From the NCBI GenBank assembly GCA_951406725.2, contig OX597838.1, positions 2,294,001 to 2,358,000 of the forward strand: a stretch of DNA of 64,000 nucleotides, read 5' to 3'. The notes below the pieces were generated by a model. The model saw only the letters and a program-made list of their open reading frames with translations. It ran no database searches and was not told where the DNA came from. The DNA is from Octopus vulgaris. Lineage: Eukaryota. Positions 43,830 to 59,303 of this stretch are shown here, piece after piece (the stretch's first letter is position 1; each line of letters opens with the position of its first letter). Both the position numbers and the translations under genes were made by a program.

Positions 43830-44023
43830 CATATATACATACATATATATATATAGGTAATTTTTTACTTACATACATAAGTGTATAAGTTCCAAAGATC
43901 GATTGAGTCGCCATGTGGTATGAAATATGAATTTTCAAGATGTCTTACTATTTTCTCTCATTGGTTTCCCCCACAACTTCTTCATTTAAAGTAATAAAAA
44001 CAGATACAGCAACAAAAACGATA

Positions 44024-44081
<58 letters not shown>

Positions 44082-44475
44082 CAACAATATTTCCTTATAT
44101 GAATCGATTGTGTACATGTTCATATGTATCTGTGTGTGTGAGTGTGTGTGTGTGTGTGTGTGTTTATGTTAAATATTTCCTGTATTTCCTTTTGTTATTC
44201 CGCGGTTTGACATCCACTGACAGGTGAATACTAAAAGAACTAGTATATATGCATGAATGTATGTGTTTACCTATATACGTAATGCACACATAAATATGTG
44301 TGTGAATATATGTGAATATATATATTCACACACACACATACATATATAATCGTACAAACACACGTGTAAATATAATATAGCATATTTATGTGTGTGTCAC
44401 TGTTTTCTGAATACCCATACATGTGTAAGATATTTATAATATATATAAAAAGTATATATATATATATACAGATAT

Positions 44476-44540
<65 letters not shown>

Positions 44541-45319
44541 CAGATATACATTGACATATATCGTCATATGGATATATAATTAAATACGAATGCATATGTT
44601 TGCGTATGTATAAACATATTTATAGCATAAATATACACAAACATATATAGTATGCATATATTCACATACACACACACACTCACACACACACACACACACA
44701 CATATATACATAAGTACTTTGAGTAATTTTCCGTAGCGGTACCATTCGCCCACCTCTACGAGAGCCATTTACCGTTTACCATTTTACTGGTGTCATTCCA
44801 ATATATATTTAAATTGCAACCAACGAACAGAAGTGGCCCTCCAGTGATTTTAGTCATCCAATGTAGTTTCTATCTGCAAATAGATGTGGAAAACTGATCT
44901 GATGAAGACGGCGGTAACGAGACGTTTAAATGGAGATATTTTGTATAGTCATGTGATCGAAAATACTGCCACCATCACCGCCATCTTTAATTCTCTCCTT
45001 TATTGCTTTCTACGTTTTCAATCTTTTCTTTGTCAAATGTTTTTACTTGGTTAACTCTCCTATAGCTGTTTCTGATTTTCTTTTATGAAATTATCTTCCC
45101 CTCCTCCACCTTCGCGTTTTGTTCCTCACACTGTCTCCTTTCCTCAGTCTCCTTCTCTTTTTTCTTTTCCTTCTTTTACTCTCCCGCTTTCTATCTTTCT
45201 CGTCTAGTGTTTCTCTTCATATTCTTTTTGGGTGGTCGTTAAATCACTCTTCATTTCCACGCTTTTTATTGTACGCGTATTTACGTTTATAATCAATATA
45301 TATATATATATACATACAT

Positions 45320-45368
<49 letters not shown>

Positions 45369-45453
45369 TATATATTATGTATTTTTGTCTATATACATAT
45401 ATATGCAATATATAATAATATATATGTGTGTGTGTATTAATAAGTGTGTGTGC

Positions 45454-45498
<45 letters not shown>

Positions 45499-45504
<6 letters not shown>

Positions 45505-46098
45505 GAAGGTGTGTAAGTTATTTGAGGACAGATTTATGTTTATAAAAGAAACAGTTATATAATAAGAGATAGTAACTTTATTTGTCAAAAAATGCTTTGA
45601 GGATAAAAACAAACATCTTTTTCTATAATGTCATTCAATAAAGCAACCTTCAGCTTCCGCAATTGCTTCTATACGAGATCTAAACCATCTACATGCTCGA
45701 CTCAAATGGCCCCTTTTCATTTTGGACATTACTGTGACTACGGCAGCTTTCAAAGAATCTTTCGTGTCATGATCGTGCTCATTAACCTCTTTCTCAACAA
45801 CGCTCTATATGTAATAGTCCAATGGATTGAGATCTTGGGCATTAGGAGGCCAAATGTTAGGGGTTATGTGATCATAAAAATGTTCAACCATCCATTCGTG
45901 TGTTACCAGAGCTACGTGTGATAGTGCAGTCTTACTGAAACACATATGGCCTTCCATTGGATATACTGTCTAACAATTATTTCCTGGACCTCAATGTAAG
46001 CGGCAGAGTTAACTCTGGCCTTGTGGAAAGTAGTAAGGAGGCATCACATGTCCTTCGTTGCTGACAACCCCTACAACCATGACAGTTGATATCACTTC
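45499..46098 (-). mobile_element. Tc1/mariner superfamily DD37D (maT) transposase pseudogene, 3' half
   Basis: Minus strand VMVVGVVSNEGHVMPPYYFPQG-RVNSAAYIEV...RPYVFQ*D-ALSH...WPPNAQDLNPLDYYI*SVVEKEVN...ACRWFRSRIEAIAEAEGCFIE* (stop 45631-45633); about 37 residues between the last two Asp after correcting a frameshift. Confidence 0.9.
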
Positions 46099-46137
46099 TT
46101 GATATCATGTTCCTTATTTTGATTATATATACATACA

Positions 46138-46183
<46 letters not shown>

Positions 46184-46653
46184 CGTGTGTGTGTGTGTGA
46201 ATAAATGTTAACGGTAAAAATAGGATGATTCATTCACCCATCGATATATATATATATATAATATGCAAGGCATGAGGTGTAAGAAGAAAGTTAGCTTCAC
46301 ACAATCCATAGTAAATATTAAAAAAAAAAACTTTTAGGGGCAATAGTGGTTTATTGCGACGGAAGGTTGTGGATTTGTTTCGTATCGAAGCACGATAAAC
46401 TGAAAATAATTTGTTTTTATATTTCACGGTGGGCGACCAGGGTTGCCACGTATACAAATAGGAATACAAGGGTTAAGGAATCGAATAGAAACGATCCGGG
46501 CTTCAAATGTTTCATAGCGAGCGGAATCTCAGAAGTGATAAATACCCAAGCGATGTACACACTGCATGCTACTCTTCAGGCCAAATATATCTTGATTAGA
46601 CTAAAGGTTACATTGTCGCAAGGAGATACATGCTAACACGTGGAAGATTTATG

Positions 46654-46755
<102 letters not shown>

Positions 46756-47269
46756 GTGTGCGTATAGATACACATAAATGCATATACACATGTATATCTG
46801 TGGGTAAAATTAATTTTCTAAACAAATTAAACATTACAATTTAAAATTAATGAATTGATTCTTAATACACACATACACACATGTATACATATATATATAT
46901 TAATATTTGCATACAATATGGTAATATTATGGAGGATTTTTTTTTTTGTATTGTGATGTATTATCTAGATTACAATGAAAGCAGTAATAAATACAACCCC
47001 GACACCAACAGCGCCACCGCTACCAACCACTCCGCCATTTATAATCCTCGTACGATTGGCAATGATAATGTTTTTGCTGTCGCTATTGTTGTATTCGGGG
47101 CAACTGAAATATTTTCTAACATCAATTGAAGCGATAATTGTTACAAATGAATATAAAGATTTAAATATTATGGCTCATCAACAAAATAATATAAAAATCA
47201 CTTGTAAGAATAAAGATTAGGACAATGATAATAATAATAATATTAATAATAATAATAATAATAATGATG

Positions 47270-47312
<43 letters not shown>

Positions 47313-47480
47313 TAACAATACCATCTATAGCAATAGCAATATTAATTATATAAAATATGAACATAAAAGTAATCATAACAATAATAATACTAGTGATATT
47401 ATAATTATTATTAATGAAAATTTTGGTAACAATGGTGTAATAATTATTATTTTTGTTATTATTATCATTATTATTATTGC

Positions 47481-47532
<52 letters not shown>

Positions 47533-47557
47533 TCTATTATTTACAGCAATAATGATG

Positions 47558-47617
<60 letters not shown>

Positions 47618-48189
47618 GTATTAAATTGGCACCTAATAGCGTGAGAGTCATTTTTCGGAAGCGAAAACAAATATGGCAATGGTATTCTGTTTGGATCATT
47701 TCATGGCATGGAAATTTAACTGTAACAACAACAACACCAACAACAACAACAACAACACTAAGGAAAGAAGGGGAAAAGGACAAAGAACGAAGCAAAGACA
47801 GTGAGAAATGAACAAATATGAGTATATTTGATTGTGGATTTTTGTAATTTTAAGAAATTTTCCTGTCGGAAATCAGAAATAGAAATTATAAGACATTATA
47901 AGCAGAAACAGAATCGGCAAAAGAAGAACAACAGCAACAACAACAAACAGGACAACTGCACCAAGAAGGGTAGTAGTAAAAATAAGTATAACAACAACAA
48001 CAACAACAACGACTGCTATTGCTGCGGCTACTGCTGCTCCTGCTGTTACTACGGCAACAACACCGACAAGAGAAGCAGCAGCAGTAACAACAACAACAGC
48101 AGAAACGTATAGCAGCAACTTGGAGAACAGGAACAACAACAACAACAAAATTGATAACAACACCAACAACATGAACAACAAAGTCAAAT

Positions 48190-48273
48190 GAGAAGAAGAA
48201 GAAGAAGAAGAAGAAGAAGAAGAAGAAGAAGAAGAAGAAGAAGAAGAAGAAGAAGAAGAAGAAGAAGAAGAAG

Positions 48274-48303
<30 letters not shown>
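48190..48303. repeat. (AGA)n perfect microsatellite
   Basis: Directly visible. Confidence 0.98.
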
Positions 48304-48306
<3 letters not shown>

Positions 48307-48538
48307 AACAACACCAGTGGCAAAGAATCGTGTGAACGTAACCATAGTGATATTTATGTCAGTTAATCTCTTCAGTAATCTCTTTCTCCCGGGCTTTAAG
48401 TTTGCTGGTTCAAATCTGGTCTAAACTACAAAACAATTGCAACACCACTAACAAATGCAAGATGGCGGCCAACGACAGAACGAGGCTCGAAGTGGTCGAT
48501 CGACATGCTAGAAATACTAGGCCTATCACACTAAGAGT

Positions 48539-48623
48539 GAAGGTGAGTGGACTACAGGTTAGAACGTTCGACTCGCTATCCTAAAATCGTGAGTTCAGCT
48601 TCCGAGCCAGTAGGTACCTTGTG

Positions 48624-48628
<5 letters not shown>
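48539..48628 (+). mobile_element. Degraded tRNA-SINE head (family D-like)
   Basis: GAAGGTGAGTGGACTACAGGTTAGAACGTTCGACTCGC...CGTGAGTTCAG...TTGTGTC resembles the head at 17047. Confidence 0.5.
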
Positions 48629-48680
<52 letters not shown>

Positions 48681-48681
48681 C

Positions 48682-48715
<34 letters not shown>

Positions 48716-49430
48716 ATCCCGGATGTCTATCCTAGATGAGCCGCTTCATGAAAGATAAGCAGTTCGAGATAGTGTCTGTGTTTGTTTGTGACTACAATAG
48801 CTCCTTAATCAATTACCAAAATACATGGTAGGGGCTATCAATCCCAATTCGCTTATGAATGACGGCTTAGTATCCCGTTCTACTATTTCCGCCAGATAAC
48901 TACATTTAATAACAAAGAAAAAACCAAAACATTCCCTAATTTAGTTTGAGATAGATTAGAGCCGAATAAATGGCATAGCCAGAGTTAGGTCATCCTTGTT
49001 CCATAGCTTTTCCAAATAAACTTTCTCCATTTGCTAAACATCTCATAATAACAATACCGCAAGCGGGTATATCATTTTAGTTAGTTTCAATCTGACACAA
49101 AACCTAAATCATGCACAAATCATATTAAATATGGAAAGCCATGCTAAATTATTTCGTCCAATAAATACCATAGCAGAATACTATGAGCTGGATCACGACA
49201 ATGAAACTTGAATATATGTGGTAAAAACTAGAAGTTAGGGGAGAAACATATTTATAACTCTAGGTAGTCTTAGCCATGTGTGCTTTGTAAAACTAGCTCC
49301 TTTTTTCAGCTTTTATGTGAAATTTTTCCAACATTCGCCCATCGATTTTAATATCCATATCGATGCGAATACTACTAAATCTTTTTATGTTGCTTATTAT
49401 ATGATATTTCCAAGACAATTAAAAGAATGG

Positions 49431-49770
49431 TGGAGGCGCAATGGCCCAGTGGTTAGGGCAGCGGCCTCGCGGTCAGAGGATCGCGGTTTCGATTCCCAGA
49501 CCGGGCATTGTGTGTGTTTATCGAGCGAAAACGCCTAAAGCTCCACGAGGCTCCGGCAGGGGGTGGTGGCGACCCCTGTTGTACTCTTTCGCCACAACTT
49601 TCTCTCACTCTTTCTTCCTGTTTCTTGAGTAACGCTGAGATGCACTGGCATCCCGTGCAGCTGGGGGGAACACATACGCCACAGAAACCGGGAAACCGGA
49701 ACCCAGGAGCCTGGCTAGGCTTGAAAAGGACGCATAAATAAATAAATGAATAAATAAATAAATAAATTAA
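49431..49770 (+). mobile_element. tRNA-derived SINE family B, tail type 3
   Basis: TGGAGGCGCAATGGCCCAGTGGTTAGGGCAGC, GGTTTCGATTCCC, family B body, tail with AGAAACCGGGAAACCGG and (TAAA)n; flanking TTAAAAG(A/G)ATG direct repeat. Confidence 0.9.
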
Positions 49771-49800
49771 TTAATTAGTTAAAAGGATGTTTTAACCAAC

Positions 49801-50018
49801 AGGGCGGCGAAGGCGATGAACATACAGAATCTTTAGCACGCCGGGCAAAATGATCAGCGCCATTTCAAGCGACTTTACGTTCTGAGTTCAAAAATCCGCC
49901 GAGGTTCACTTTACCTTTCACACTTTCGGGGGCGAGAAAATAAGTACCAGTTGTACATTGCGGTCCATATAATCGACAAGCACCTGAACTTTCTTGCCTT
50001 GTGCCAATATTTGAAACG
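49801..50018 (+). mobile_element. SINE family C copy
   Basis: TTAGCACGCCGGGCAAAATG...CTGAGTTCAAAAATCCGCCGAGGT...AAATAAGTACCAGTTG...CCTTGTGCCAATATTTGAAAC. Confidence 0.85.
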
Positions 50019-50040
50019 AATATTATTGCTAGGGCAGCGA

Positions 50041-50254
50041 AAGCGGCGAGCAAGCAGAATCGTTAGAAAGCTGCACAATATTGGATAGCAACATTTCATC
50101 CGATTTTACGTTCAGAGTTCAGATTCCGTCGAGGTCGAACTTGCCTTTCATTCTTTCGGGATCGATAAATTAAGTACCAGATGCTCACCGGGGTTGATGC
50201 AATCAACTTACTCCACTCCCTGGAATTGCTGGCCTTGTTTCAAGATTTGAAACC
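50041..50254 (+). mobile_element. SINE family C copy (tandem with the previous one)
   Basis: GCGGCGAGCAAGCAGAATCGTTAG...GAGGTCGAACTTGCCTTTCATTCTTTCGGGATCGATAAATTAAGTACCAG. Confidence 0.85.
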
Positions 50255-50404
50255 GTTTCTACTCGGTCGGTTCGGTTACAGGAACCGTTAGAAAGAATTT
50301 TCTGAAAATTTATCAGAGAAAAGTGAATAGCAAATGTCAACAATTATTTTTATCAATTATCGTTTGGTTTGCTTCAAACTTTCTATTTTCCAAATACTTC
50401 AACA

Positions 50405-50446
<42 letters not shown>

Positions 50447-52232
50447 TAATATAAATAAAAGTTCCCCAAATTTTGTGAAATATGTAATCCTTAGCTGACC
50501 TCTTGACCCAGTAACTGATATGTATAGTGCAACCACGACAAAACCTTTACTACTCTTCCCAAACACATCATATTTCGCAAGAAATACGCATATACTAGCG
50601 CTGCCTTTTATTTTCGTCATTCAAGCATCATATGCGTATGTGCGTGTGTTTATAACCACACTACAAACACATGCACACGCTCACACACACACATATATAT
50701 ATATACATACGCATACATCTACGTATTTGTTCTTGATGTATTTATATGAGTTGAGATTTCAATGAAGAAATATATACACAGTTGATTTTCTGGTTATTAA
50801 TAATTCACAACTTAGTGTCTCCAAAATATATGTAAAACTAGAAATGCGTGAATGTATCTACATTTGTGATTGTGCAAGCCGATGTGTGTATGTGGATGTG
50901 TATGTGTGTATTTCTCTGTGTGCGTGTGTGTGTGTATGTCTGAATTTGGAAAGTTGGGGAGTGAGAAGTTATTACCAAGAAATAACACCATATATTCTAT
51001 CACACTTTGTGTATATATGCATATATGTGTATATGTGTATATATGCATAAGTGTATATTTGTATATAAGTATACACTCATACATATGTGTATATATGTAT
51101 GAGAAAAATATATATATATATACATATGTGCATGCGAGTGTGTGTATGTGTGCGTGTTTATGGCAGTTCGGAAAAAGACACTTGCTTACGAAGTTCACTT
51201 CGTTATCAGGTGCTTCCGGATTCGATGCAGCTGCGGGCTTGGTGAGAAAAGGTCTTTCAGAATAACAACGGCGCGGTTTTAATCATGTGATCCAACTGGC
51301 ATAGACGGAAACTGTGCGGAAGCCTGCCGAATTCACTACACCAGGAATTCAAAGGTCAAGCGTTTAGACATGAGCCACTATTATGCAGAGTTATAAAGGC
51401 CGTGTAGAAGTGAGCGACAGTCATATGCATTTAAGGAAAATGTAGTTCGGTGCGCCGAACAAACTGTCATCGCAGAAATCAATGTAGGATACATGATCAG
51501 GTGTGCATATGTCTAGTAGTACGGGTGGTTGATGACATTGAGAAACCCCAACATTTCGAAACTACTGGCATTGTGTCTAAAACAGAAACAATAATTTTTT
51601 CCAAGGGACACGAACCTTGCTGAATTGGAGATCTCATGATAATTGATCCGAGTACATAACTGGTACCATTTTTATCGAAGCACGCTCTATGCCAGGTGAG
51701 TGCTAAGAGCTACAAATAAAGAGAAAAATGGTTAATGCTGTGGCGATGTCTGAGATGAGCAGAGTTGTTGGGGAAGCGAATGGGAATAAAGAAAATGTTG
51801 TGTTTAAGATGGAATCTAGTTAAGATTGGAAATGTTCTACTTGTAAATGGTAAGAAAGAAAGGAAGGCAGAAAGAAAAGAGACAGAGATGGAAGTGTTCA
51901 TGAAGAAAAACATAGAAAAGACACGAAGTAAAGGAAGAAAAGAAAGAAGGGAAAATAAAAAGAAATTGATTAAAATCGAAATAAAAAATAAAACTTGTGT
52001 TTTTACTAAAGTGCAAAGATATGTAAACAATTAATGCAGATCACATTTATATACACTCACTTGTGTATACAAATAAGATTACATAAATATATGTACACGT
52101 ATCTATATATAAATACATAAGGATATATATTTATATATTTGTATATATATTTATTGAGCTATGTGTTTTCATGGCTATATGTAGATATAGATAACTAGAG
52201 AAATATGAATATAGACATATATACATACATAT

Positions 52233-52303
<71 letters not shown>

Positions 52304-52364
52304 TCTATATATACATACATATATACATTTATATACATTTATATATATATATACATTTATATAC

Positions 52365-52408
<44 letters not shown>

Positions 52409-52771
52409 GTGTATATATATATACCCACACACATAGATAAGGAGAGAGACTGCTGACACTATGGAATACGACTTGTGAAGTGTTTAATCGATCAGATCAA
52501 CTATGCTCAAAATGAAATTCTGGAACTCGTTTTATCGAAGCGTATTTGTTGAATTGCTAAGTTTCTTGATATGACACGGGACGCGCAATGCTGAACGTCA
52601 ATTTTCAAAACAAGTGTAACAACCACAGATTGGACACAAGCATAGCGCCGTCATATATATGTACATATATATATATATATATATATGTAGGTCCCGGGTT
52701 GAGTCGGGGTTAACCACAGTAAATAAGGTACTCAATACATAGAAGAGTAAATTAATTTATTTTATAGAAGG

Positions 52772-52822
52772 AGCTTCTACAGGACTAGAACTGTTTCATT
52801 CAAATGAAATCATCAGGAAGCT
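52772..52822 (-). ncRNA. Type I hammerhead ribozyme motif (mirror copy)
   Basis: Exact reverse complement of 52873-52923. Confidence 0.75.
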
Positions 52823-52872
52823 TGCTGTCAGAATAAGTTTAGGTATAAATGCCAAAACTTATTCTGACAGCA

Positions 52873-52923
52873 AGCTTCCTGATGATTTCATTTGAATGAA
52901 ACAGTTCTAGTCCTGTAGAAGCT
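52873..52923 (+). ncRNA. Type I hammerhead ribozyme motif
   Basis: agcttc-CTGATGA-t-TTC-attt-GAA-t-GAAA-CAG-ttctagtc-CTG-TA-gaagct; perfect 6-bp stem I, 4-bp stem III, GUA triplet, U-U at the base of stem II. Confidence 0.75.
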
Positions 52924-52936
52924 CCTTCTATAAAAT

Positions 52937-52981
<45 letters not shown>

Positions 52982-53492
52982 CATATGCTATAATTATAAA
53001 CAGGGCAAATTTACCCATTTCTCAACAGACTGCAAAAAAAAAGAGACGAAGAAGCATAATCGATTTTTGAAACTTATTGGTTTCTCATCAGAAGCGTCTA
53101 CAACATTCTGACAGTCTCCATATATATATATATATGTATATGTGTGTGTGTATGTGCGTGTGTGTTTATTTGTGTGTATATGTGGTGTGTCCTTTATGTT
53201 CGTTAACGGGAAACGTTTTGAATATGGATAGCAAAGCTCCCATTTCATTATGTCGGCGACGGCCTGATGATACCAACAAGCAATAAAGGTTTTATGGGCT
53301 TCTACCGAATTGTGTGGCTGTGATGTAAGATAAACATAGTAATAACAATAATGATCCTCGGACGGAATTAATAAATATTTTAATGCATCGCTATACGCGT
53401 TTCCACAAAACACATGTTTCTTACGATCATAGTCCGTATTCCTAAGGTGATTACGGTACAGACCCTATTATTCATACAGACCCTATTATTCT

Positions 53493-53584
53493 TGGCACCT
53501 TGGGCAAGCGTCTTCTACTATAGCCTCGGGATGAACAAAGCCTTGCGAGTGGATTTGGTAGACAAAAACTGAAAGACGCCCGTC

Positions 53585-53666
<82 letters not shown>

Positions 53667-53868
53667 GTTTGTATGTCTGTGTCTATACCCTACCATCGCT
53701 TCATAACCGATGTTGGTGTGTTCACGTCCCCGTAATTTAGCGGTTCGGAAAAAGAGGCCTATAGAATAAGTACTAGACTTACAAAGAATAAGTCGTGGGG
53801 TCGATTTCTTCGACTAAAGGCGGTGCTCCAGCATGGCCGCAGTCAAATGCCTGAAGCAACTAAAGAAT
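53493..53868 (+). mobile_element. SINE family A, 5'-truncated
   Basis: Begins at GGCACCTTGGGCAAG, internal (TA)n(GT)n, tail GGCGGTGCTCCAGCATGGCCGCAGTCAAATGCCTGAAG. Confidence 0.9.
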
Positions 53869-53888
53869 ATATATATACATACATACAT

Positions 53889-54030
53889 ATGGCCAGATAA
53901 CTGAAAAAATAGTGCTGTGGATTTCCACCTGGCTACCGAGTAATTGTCACATGATATTTTTACAGATAAATTCCTCTATTTACATAATATTGAGGTTTTT
54001 TCTTTCTTTTGTTATCTTACCGTTTTACCT
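53889..54030 (+). mobile_element. Partial copy of the hammerhead-bearing repeat seen at 23610-23780
   Basis: TGGCCAGATAACTGAAAAAATAGTGCTGTGGATTTCCAC matches the minus strand of 23660-23701; the GAAA half is deleted; resumes at GAGTAATTGT. Confidence 0.65.
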
Positions 54031-54043
54031 ATATATGAATATA

Positions 54044-54818
<775 letters not shown>

Positions 54819-54824
54819 TGTATG

Positions 54825-54888
<64 letters not shown>

Positions 54889-55160
54889 CATATGTACATA
54901 TGTGTTTAGTTGGTTTTGCCAATTAAGCAGAAAAGCAGAAGTCGTTTTGCCCGAGGTGCTTGCTGTTCGGGCTCCGACTCCGGCGTCTCAGAGTTCCGGA
55001 AAGAAATTGTGACCGAAAGAGCCGTCCCTCAGCCCAAATTTTCAAATATGAAGATTTGTTTGTTTATAAATGTAAGAATGTCAATCTGTGTATGTGTACG
55101 TTTCTGTGTGTTAGCATAGTTGTGTGTGTGTGCGTGTGTGTTTGTTTGTGTGTGCGTGTG

Positions 55161-55209
<49 letters not shown>

Positions 55210-55306
55210 CCACAGATATACACAAGCATTTATATATACTTATGTGAAAACGTGTACATGAATATTTAGCATAAAGGAAATAATAAAAGGTGGAGAGAAA
55301 GACTAA

Positions 55307-55342
<36 letters not shown>

Positions 55343-55732
55343 ATAGAGCGAGAGGAGACTAAGAGACAGAAAGAGACAAAGAGAGAGAAAGAGAGAGAGA
55401 GAGAGGGACAAAGGAGAGAAGGGGAGCTAGATATGGATAGAGATTTAGATTGTGAGAGATAGACATATGCTTAAAGAGACATACACACACACAAAACATG
55501 TGTGCCTGTATGTTTGTGGGTGTTAGTGTGTTTATGCATGCGTGTGTGTTTGTGTGCGAGTGGAGAGGGGAGGGGGGTAAAGAGATAAATACAGATTCAC
55601 TCACCGCGGACATTTCGCTAAATGTATATTTTGAATATTGATATTTTCATAGAGGTTTACCAGTTTGTAAGTCTACATATATGTATGTATGTATATTTAT
55701 ATATGTATATATATATTTATATATATTTTTTT

Positions 55733-55772
<40 letters not shown>

Positions 55773-55883
55773 ATATATATATATATATATATACATTATA
55801 TATATATATGTGTATATATATATATTAATATATATATACACATATATAAATATGGATTTATATGTGTACATGTATACATATAA

Positions 55884-55964
<81 letters not shown>

Positions 55965-55969
55965 AAAGC

Positions 55970-56021
<52 letters not shown>

Positions 56022-56559
56022 GTATATACATATATACATAAACATATATGTATGCTTATACGTATTTATACATGGATATATAAATAGATAAGCACCACAA
56101 TGAATATGCATATTTAAACACACATACTCACACATTTACATATGAATATATAGACACGTATATGTGTGTATGTACATATATATACATACAATCATATATA
56201 TATATATATATATATAGACATCAATATACGTACATATTTATACGTATATCTATGCGTGCATGGTGTATTGTGCAAGAATGTGTGTTCTGGTGAGTGTGTT
56301 TATGTCCCTATATTGCTATATCTGTGCATGTGTACAGAAGCATAAAATTCTGATTGAATTATGGCCGCCGCCTCATTTTTGTGGGCATATTAAGTGATTT
56401 TCTGCTTATGGCTGTGGGTGCTGGCACCGTAAATGTGTACGGAGCAGATACGAGAAGACTGCTACACATATACACGCCGATACTTAAACCCACCACAGAT
56501 ATATGTACGTAAGTACATACGTATGACTATATGTAAATACATATATATATGCATATATG

Positions 56560-56626
<67 letters not shown>

Positions 56627-56975
56627 GTATGTATCATAAATACTGTGTATGAGCGTTATATGGGTATTTACACGTGTGGGCATGTGAATATATATGAAAG
56701 CGTGAGCGTATTTCTCTGTCTTTCTACGTCTCTATTCGTTTTCAGTTTCTTCTAAATATTTCGAATGTTTGGAGAGAATATTTCAACGGCACCCCAACCA
56801 CTGACTCTGCTATATGTCCAATGAAACAAAAACAAAACAAGACAAAAAGGAAAAGACGATAATAAATCTATTTATGCTTATACATACATACACACATACA
56901 TACATATATATGTAATGTGTGTGTGAGCGTTCATACATGTATATATCTCCAACCATATATACATATATATCTGAG

Positions 56976-57012
<37 letters not shown>

Positions 57013-57175
57013 GAGTATGTGTGTATGTGTGTGTGTTTGTATGTGTGTGCTTGTGTGTATGTGTTTGTGTGTCTGTGTGTGTATACACACACACACACCT
57101 AGATACATATTATATGACAAAATATGAAATTAGCGATACATAACTTAAGTCCCATTTTCCAGTGCAAACAAATAA

Positions 57176-57645
<470 letters not shown>

Positions 57646-58363
57646 TAGTAACGAGGCTAAATTTGAAAAATTGTTGAAATGTAAAATATGAAATATTATG
57701 TATTTACCGAGAGAGAGAGGGGGAGAGAAAGAGAGGGGGGAGAGAAAGAGAGAGAGAGAGAGAGAGAGGAACAGAAAGAAAGAATAATAAAAATTAAGGG
57801 AGTAGAAAAGAGAGAAAAACGGTAGTAAGAAAAATTAGCAACGCAGGAATATAAATAAAATACTATGAAAAAAAGAACCATACAAAAATCATATGAATAA
57901 TTTATAAGAAGTTTGTTATTTTATATTCTGAGAAAAGTTTGGAATAAAACGATAATATAAAGCACCATTATACTATCTCATGAAATCATTTGTATCCAAC
58001 ATAAACAACAAGTTTATAGAAATCAACACACAGGAGGAGACGAGTTCTTCACGGTTTTTTTTATTACGTTTCTCTTTTTCTTTCATATATATTGAATATT
58101 GTTAATTACGATATATATATATATGTGTGTATGTGTGTGTATGTGTGTATGTGTGTGTTTGTGTGTGTGTGTGCGTATGTGTGTGCGTATGTGTGTGCGT
58201 ATGTGTGTGTATATATGTTTCAGTATATGTATATACATGTATATATATATATATATAAATATATATAAGCATATATATATATATATATATATTTATGTAT
58301 GTATATATGTATATATGAATGTTTATATTTAAATGTCTATATGTGTATATGTGTACATGGACG

Positions 58364-58394
<31 letters not shown>

Positions 58395-59029
58395 ATGTGT
58401 GTTTATGCGTTCGTTTATTCCGACTTTTTTCTTGAGCAATTTTCTTTCTCACTCTGTATTTACGTTTTTATTTAAGAAAAATATAATTTTTTTCCCTGTT
58501 TTTGTCTTTATATATGTCTGAATATGTATGAGCCTCTCTTAGTATATATGGACGTATGCAAATATATATATATGTGTGTGTGTGTGTATGTGTGTGCGTG
58601 TGAGTATTTGGCTGTGTGCATGAGGTTACATATATCTGTAATTATAAATATGTAAACACACACACACACACACACAAATATATTGATGATACTTAGGTCT
58701 TTATTTGCGTATATCTACATAGTTTTCTGCATACATGTACGTACATTTATCTATTTGGATTTATGTTCATACGAGTATGCGTAACTCTAAGAATGAGTGT
58801 GCGTGCGTATTTATATACACATACACACTCACACACACACATACATACATCTCTTTACACACTTATCTGCGTGCTTAAACATGTATATGCATGTGTGTAT
58901 ATGTGAGTGCTTGTGTGTATGTATGGGTATGTGTGGAAATATATTCCAGTTTGTCGGAAAATTTGTCAATAATACTCCCGGCCAACAAATAAATGTAATT
59001 ATATTACTACTACTACTACTATTAGTAGT

Positions 59030-59031
59030 AA

Positions 59032-59088
<57 letters not shown>

Positions 59089-59169
59089 CTGCAGCAGCAG
59101 CAGCAGTAGTAGTGGAGTAGCAGTAGTGGCAGCGGCGGCAGCAGCAGCAGCAGCAGCACCAGCAGCAGC

Positions 59170-59210
<41 letters not shown>

Positions 59211-59303
59211 CAGCAGCAGCAGTAGTAGTAGTAGTAGTAGTAGTAGCAGCAGTAGTAGTAGTAGCAGCAGGTGTAGTAGTAGTAGTAGTAGTAGTAATAG
59301 TAG
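59030..59303. repeat. (GTA/GCA)n compound microsatellite
   Basis: Directly visible. Confidence 0.95.

Larger units (their letters stand above)
52689..52939. mobile_element. Penelope-type terminal-repeat element with a perfect 85-bp inverted repeat, between (TA)n tracts
   Basis: Arms 52756-52840 and 52855-52939 are exact reverse complements around a 14-nt spacer; each arm carries a hammerhead motif on opposite strands. Confidence 0.8.

Noticed and set aside
48458-48548. YY1 motif/Kozak CAAGATGGCGGCC followed by AG|GTGAGT, resembling a first coding exon (MAANDRTRL...)
   Set aside because: The donor lies in a degraded SINE head, and TGCTAGAAATA recurs in a repeat near 33130; no downstream exon was found, so RNA-seq would be needed
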